Assembly (NCBI GenBank): GCA_964016885.1
Contig: OZ024760.1
Location: 13,020,001 to 13,084,000, forward strand
DNA length: 64,000 nucleotides
DNA from: Eledone cirrhosa
Lineage: Eukaryota
Direction of reading: 5' to 3'
Each line of letters begins with the position of its first letter. The stretch's first letter is position 1. This document shows positions 59,392 to 64,000 of the stretch, one piece after another. The position numbers and the translations under genes are program-made. The notes beneath the pieces were generated by a model. The model was not told the origin of the DNA and ran no database searches. It saw nothing but the letters and a program-made list of their open reading frames with translations.

Positions 59392-59392
<1 letters not shown>
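59203..59392 (-). mobile_element. PLE-like 3' fragment, family C
   Basis: Minus strand gtca-CCGAGGA-gGTCAC agaatgt GTGAT-GAAAGAGCTT-tgac; (TA)n on both sides. Confidence 0.6.
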
Positions 59393-59446
<54 letters not shown>

Positions 59447-59449
<3 letters not shown>

Positions 59450-59660
59450 GAGGCACGTGGCGTAGTGGTAAGGGTGTAGGACTAACGATTCTCGGGCTGG
59501 GTTGTGTGATGTGTTCTTGAGCAAAACACTTCATTTCACGTTGCTCCAGTATACTCAGCAGAAAAAGAGTACCAGTAATAGCTGGGGGTTAGACCCTGCG
59601 ATGGACTGGCGTCCTGTCCAGGAGGGATAAGCACTGGCCAAATGAGCCTTCTGGCTGAAG
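59447..59660 (+). mobile_element. Second tRNA-SINE family with CORE-like domain
   Basis: tggcgtagtggt head, gtgttcttgagcaaaacacttcatttcac core, cctgcgatggactggcgtcctgtccagg. Confidence 0.6.
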
Positions 59661-59751
59661 ACAGACTTTAGACTTTATATATATATATGTATATTCTTTT
59701 ACTATTTTACCTGTTCCAGCCATCCGGCTGAGGCCATGCTGGGACACACAT

Positions 59752-59788
<37 letters not shown>

Positions 59789-59818
59789 CAAAATACACTG
59801 TCTCAAACGATATATGGT

Positions 59819-59855
<37 letters not shown>

Positions 59856-59900
59856 TCTTCAGAGTTTCTGGCTTGTATCTGCCGAAATTACCTCTTGTCG

Positions 59901-59954
59901 TTTTGATTGCCCTGATGAGTCCTTAATAGGACGAAACATTGTCGGCTAATAAAA
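59901..59954 (+). ncRNA. Minimal type I hammerhead ribozyme, intact core
   Basis: gcc-CTGATGA-GTCCT taat AGGAC-GAAAC att GTC-ggc, followed by AATAAA; lies in a ~145-bp insert between (TA)n tracts. Confidence 0.85.
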
Positions 59955-59991
59955 ACTTTTGATGTATTAAAGGATTCTTTGTTTTACTCTC

Positions 59992-60035
<44 letters not shown>

Positions 60036-60278
60036 TTTAATTTGAATTATATATATATATTGAGAGAGAGAGAGAGGGGGGAGAGGGGAAAGAAAGAGGG
60101 AGAAAGTGGGATTAAATGAGAGATAAATGTGTGTGTGAGAGAGAGAGAGGGAGGGGGAGAGGGGAAAGAAAGAGGGAGAAAGTGGGATTAAATGAGAGAT
60201 AAATGTGTGTGTGTGAGAGAGAGAGGGAGGGGGAGAGGGGAAAGGAAGGGGGAAAAAGTGGGATTAAATGAGAGATAA

Positions 60279-60311
<33 letters not shown>

Positions 60312-60510
60312 GGGGGAAGAAAGAGGGAGAAAGTGGGATTAAATGAGAGAGAGAATGAGAGAGAGAGTGAGTGAGTGAGAGAGAGAGAACTGTAACAGAG
60401 GTTGGCTTGTTTCAACTAAAACAATCAACAAGCGTTTCCTTCCACAATTACTATACTCACATATATATGTATATATATATACATATATACATTATACATA
60501 TATATATATA

Positions 60511-60694
60511 TAGGAACAAATATGACCCCGACGGCAGAGCTCAAGCCGTTTCGACGGCTATTTCTTGAGTCAAGAAATAGCCGTCGAAACGGCTTGAGCT
60601 CTGCCATCGGGGTCCTATTACCCACTCTACTACCCTAAGTATTGAGTACTTTGGTGCGTTATGGTCCATCTGGTTCCTTACCACAATTCCTTCG

Positions 60695-60696
<2 letters not shown>
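60511..60696 (+). mobile_element. Fold-back insert, family B
   Basis: Palindrome centred at 60569 (ttcttga-g-tcaagaa); (TA)n on both sides. Confidence 0.75.
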
Positions 60697-60745
<49 letters not shown>

Positions 60746-61430
60746 GTGTAATGAGTTCTTTTACAATGAAAGTAGCTCAAAGAAAGAAATATATATACAT
60801 ACATGCTGAATTAAGCCGTACAGTAGTACGTATATATATACATACATGCCGGATTAGGCCGTACAGTAGTACGTATATATATACATACATGCCGAATTAA
60901 GCCGTACAGTGCTCGGCAACCATCGTCGCTCTTTTGTTCAACACTGACAATGTTCGGTAAATCCATACGTACATATATATATGTGTGCATGTATGTATAT
61001 ATATACATACTACTGTACGTCTGTATACATATATGTATGTACGTATACATACTTATATTTAAGTAACAGCCGTACTAAGAGTGAGAAATGAAATTTCGTT
61101 TCATTTTTTCCATTTATATATATATATATATATATATATACATACATATACATATCCATCCATCCACCCATGTATATACATACACACACATAAATAAATA
61201 GACAGCCAAACACATGCATATATACATATATATAGACAGCCAAACATGTATATATACACTGAGAAACGATGTAAAAACAAATAAGTATTCTTGTTAAACA
61301 CGGGCTATAATAAATTGATTGTACCTTTAACACATTCACACACATGGAATGAGTTACACACACACACATATATATACACACACATATATATATACACATA
61401 CATACACACTAGCTCACACACACACATATA

Positions 61431-61487
<57 letters not shown>

Positions 61488-61489
<2 letters not shown>

Positions 61490-61750
61490 GTAGTTTGCTT
61501 CAAGCATTGTATATAATATATAAGGTTGAAAGAGATAGAAGGCTCAACAATACAAAATAGACTAAGATGAGGTAACGACAGGTAAAAGTTACCTGGTAGT
61601 CTTTGTTTTGTTGTTCTTCTTTTATCTGTCCAATATGTCGGGACCTAAAAGTCCCTTCATCAGGGTTTAAGGCACCTTCAATGGATAACGTTCCAATTTC
61701 CTCTCTTTGAGATAAAATTTTGATTTTGCTGGTTACTTCGCTTTCCACGT
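61488..61750 (-). mobile_element. PLE-like 3' fragment with decayed HHR (61628-61668)
   Basis: Minus strand acc-CTGATGA-aGGGAC ttttag GTCCC-GACATATT-gg (GAAA mutated to GACA); ends in (TA)n. Confidence 0.55.
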
Positions 61751-62002
61751 TAATGACGTTTATTGTCTATTACTCTTTTACTTGTTCCACCCATCCGGCT
61801 GAGGCCATGCTGGGGCACTGTCCTTGGCTATATATAGTATTTCGAGAAATCAATTTTCTTTTTTATAAAAGATGTTTAGTTTGTTCTCCTTTGGATGTGT
61901 CTATGTCAAGTAAACTGTGTGCTAAGTTCTACTGTGTCCACATAATAGCAAGGCTTCCTTAATTCTTAAGTTGCCCACATTTCTATCACTGGCTTTAATG
62001 GT

Positions 62003-62065
<63 letters not shown>

Positions 62066-62204
62066 CTGTCAGAGTGGCAAGTTGGAAGAGTCGTTAGAAC
62101 GTTTGATATAATCCCTTCGTTGTGTTTGTTCCTGATCTCTAGGTTCTCAGTTCGAATCATACCTGGGTCAACTTGACTTTTTGTCTTTCTGATATCAACG
62201 AATT

Positions 62205-62238
<34 letters not shown>

Positions 62239-62345
62239 TGGGTCATCAAGTATGGGATTTGTAGAAATTTGTTTTTTGTTCAACAAATTTCATACTATAT
62301 ATATAAATATATATATGTGTGTGTGTGTGTGTGTATGTGTGTGTA

Positions 62346-62376
<31 letters not shown>

Positions 62377-62502
62377 TCAGAGGGTCATAATTAAAACGAA
62401 TAAATAAATAAAAGCAAACATCCTTTAATCTACTGCCCCCCTCAAAGATGTGACATGGTACATATATAAACCTAACTCCTGTCAAGATTGCAACTTTATA
62501 TC

Positions 62503-62541
<39 letters not shown>

Positions 62542-62646
62542 TATGCATATACACATGCTTTGTCCCCCATCCTCAAGGTAGGACAACATACGTATATACA
62601 TCCTCCACTTTTATTACATACATATATATATACATACATACATACA

Positions 62647-62680
<34 letters not shown>

Positions 62681-62751
62681 CATACATATATATATATATA
62701 CATACATACATATATATATATACATACATACATACATATATACATACATAC

Positions 62752-62782
<31 letters not shown>

Positions 62783-63184
62783 CATACATACATATATAAC
62801 CAGGAGCAAGAGGATATGTTCACCAAAATGTCATCTGAGTCTCATACCTTCTGTCTAGATGTCGTGTAGAGTTGCTACTAAAACAATATACAACGCCATC
62901 TGGTGGAGGGAATAAATACCTAGTGAATTTTATATATTGCTGCTTTTCAAACCCAGTGGGACGCCGGCAAAGTCGGTGGGGTTCTTACTACAAGCAGGCC
63001 CCTACAATGATGATAATTGAGCAAGTGCCTTCAATATATGTGGCTGACTAATGACACACGTGTTTCACTCCTAAAACAAAGAAACAAGTTCCGTTTTCTA
63101 TCTTTTCTACATCTTTTCTAACTTTCTTCTTCTTCTTCTTCTTCTTCTTCTTCTTCTTCTTCTCTCACCCCTCTCTCTCTTCTA

Positions 63185-63322
63185 CGCCCGCCCTCGTATG
63201 TCTTCCAATGAAGGACTAACATCCGAAACGTTAAGACTCTCTTGCTGCTATTTCAAGCGTTAAACAAATTTATTTCTTCCGTGTACTGTGCCGTTTGTTT
63301 TGTTATTTCTGTTTACCCTTTA
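63185..63322 (+). mobile_element. PLE-like 3' fragment, family A, decayed HHR
   Basis: tctt-CCAATGA-aggactaacatcc-GAAACGTT-aaga plus the shared tail. Confidence 0.6.
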
Positions 63323-63326
63323 CACG

Positions 63327-63366
<40 letters not shown>

Positions 63367-63371
<5 letters not shown>

Positions 63372-63539
63372 ATAATAATAAAATTGAAGACTAAAATCCA
63401 AAGAGGGCTCGATAAGGAAAATATATATCAAATATATAAGAACCGTAGAGCAAATATTTATTAAAATAACAGATTAAAGTTTAAGCAAAGAATCGCTGCT
63501 TTCACCCTTTGCTTAAACTTTAATCTGTTATTTTAATAA

Positions 63540-63541
<2 letters not shown>
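63367..63541 (-). mobile_element. Family F insert with fold-back end
   Basis: Arms ~63456-63490 / 63508-63541; (TA)n on both sides. Confidence 0.6.
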
Positions 63542-63583
<42 letters not shown>

Positions 63584-63958
63584 GTACACATGCGTGTAAC
63601 AAGAACACACACACACAGATTCAATTTACACAATTTGTATTCATTCATCTGTTAAGGGGCTGATTGTTCCCCTACCAACTCTGAGTCATTTGGACGTTGG
63701 GTATCTGGAAACATTGACATTCCCACCATTGGAAGCACACCACCACCACTACCTCCACCACCACCACCAACAACAGTAAACAGGACTACAGTGAGACTAA
63801 CAACAATAAACAAAGAGCTCTGAGACATAATTTATCATTTTTTTATATATATATATATATATACATACATAAATGTATATATATATACATACATACATAT
63901 ATATATGTGTGTGAAATATTTACGGACGTATGTAAATATATATGTATGTATATATATA

Positions 63959-64000
<42 letters not shown>

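Overview
AT-rich, microsatellite-saturated animal DNA. The SINE, LINE and (TA)n landscape resembles an octopus/cephalopod genome; that assignment is inference. One clear protein-coding gene is present: a single-exon-CDS heparan sulfate 3-O-sulfotransferase (45170-46096, +) with unusual active-site substitutions. Almost all other ORFs in the track are simple-repeat artefacts. Mobile DNA includes a 5'-truncated, decayed Penelope-like element (PLE) with Naiad-type RT and GIY-YIG motifs (25030-27850), over 20 copies of a tRNA-derived SINE, RTE LINE fragments (one amplified into a 123-bp tandem array), a non-autonomous Helitron and mariner remnants. The main hidden signal is a dense set of short inserts between (TA)n or other dinucleotide tracts. 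Many carry minimal type I hammerhead ribozyme (HHR) cores from several unrelated PLE-like families. Many are asymmetric fold-back palindromes whose symmetry centres fall in HHR stem II or stem III and whose short arms stop at TA microhomologies. This suggests a (TA)n-targeted, ribozyme-hairpin-primed snap-back integration route. Coordinates were read by eye and repeat boundaries are approximate.
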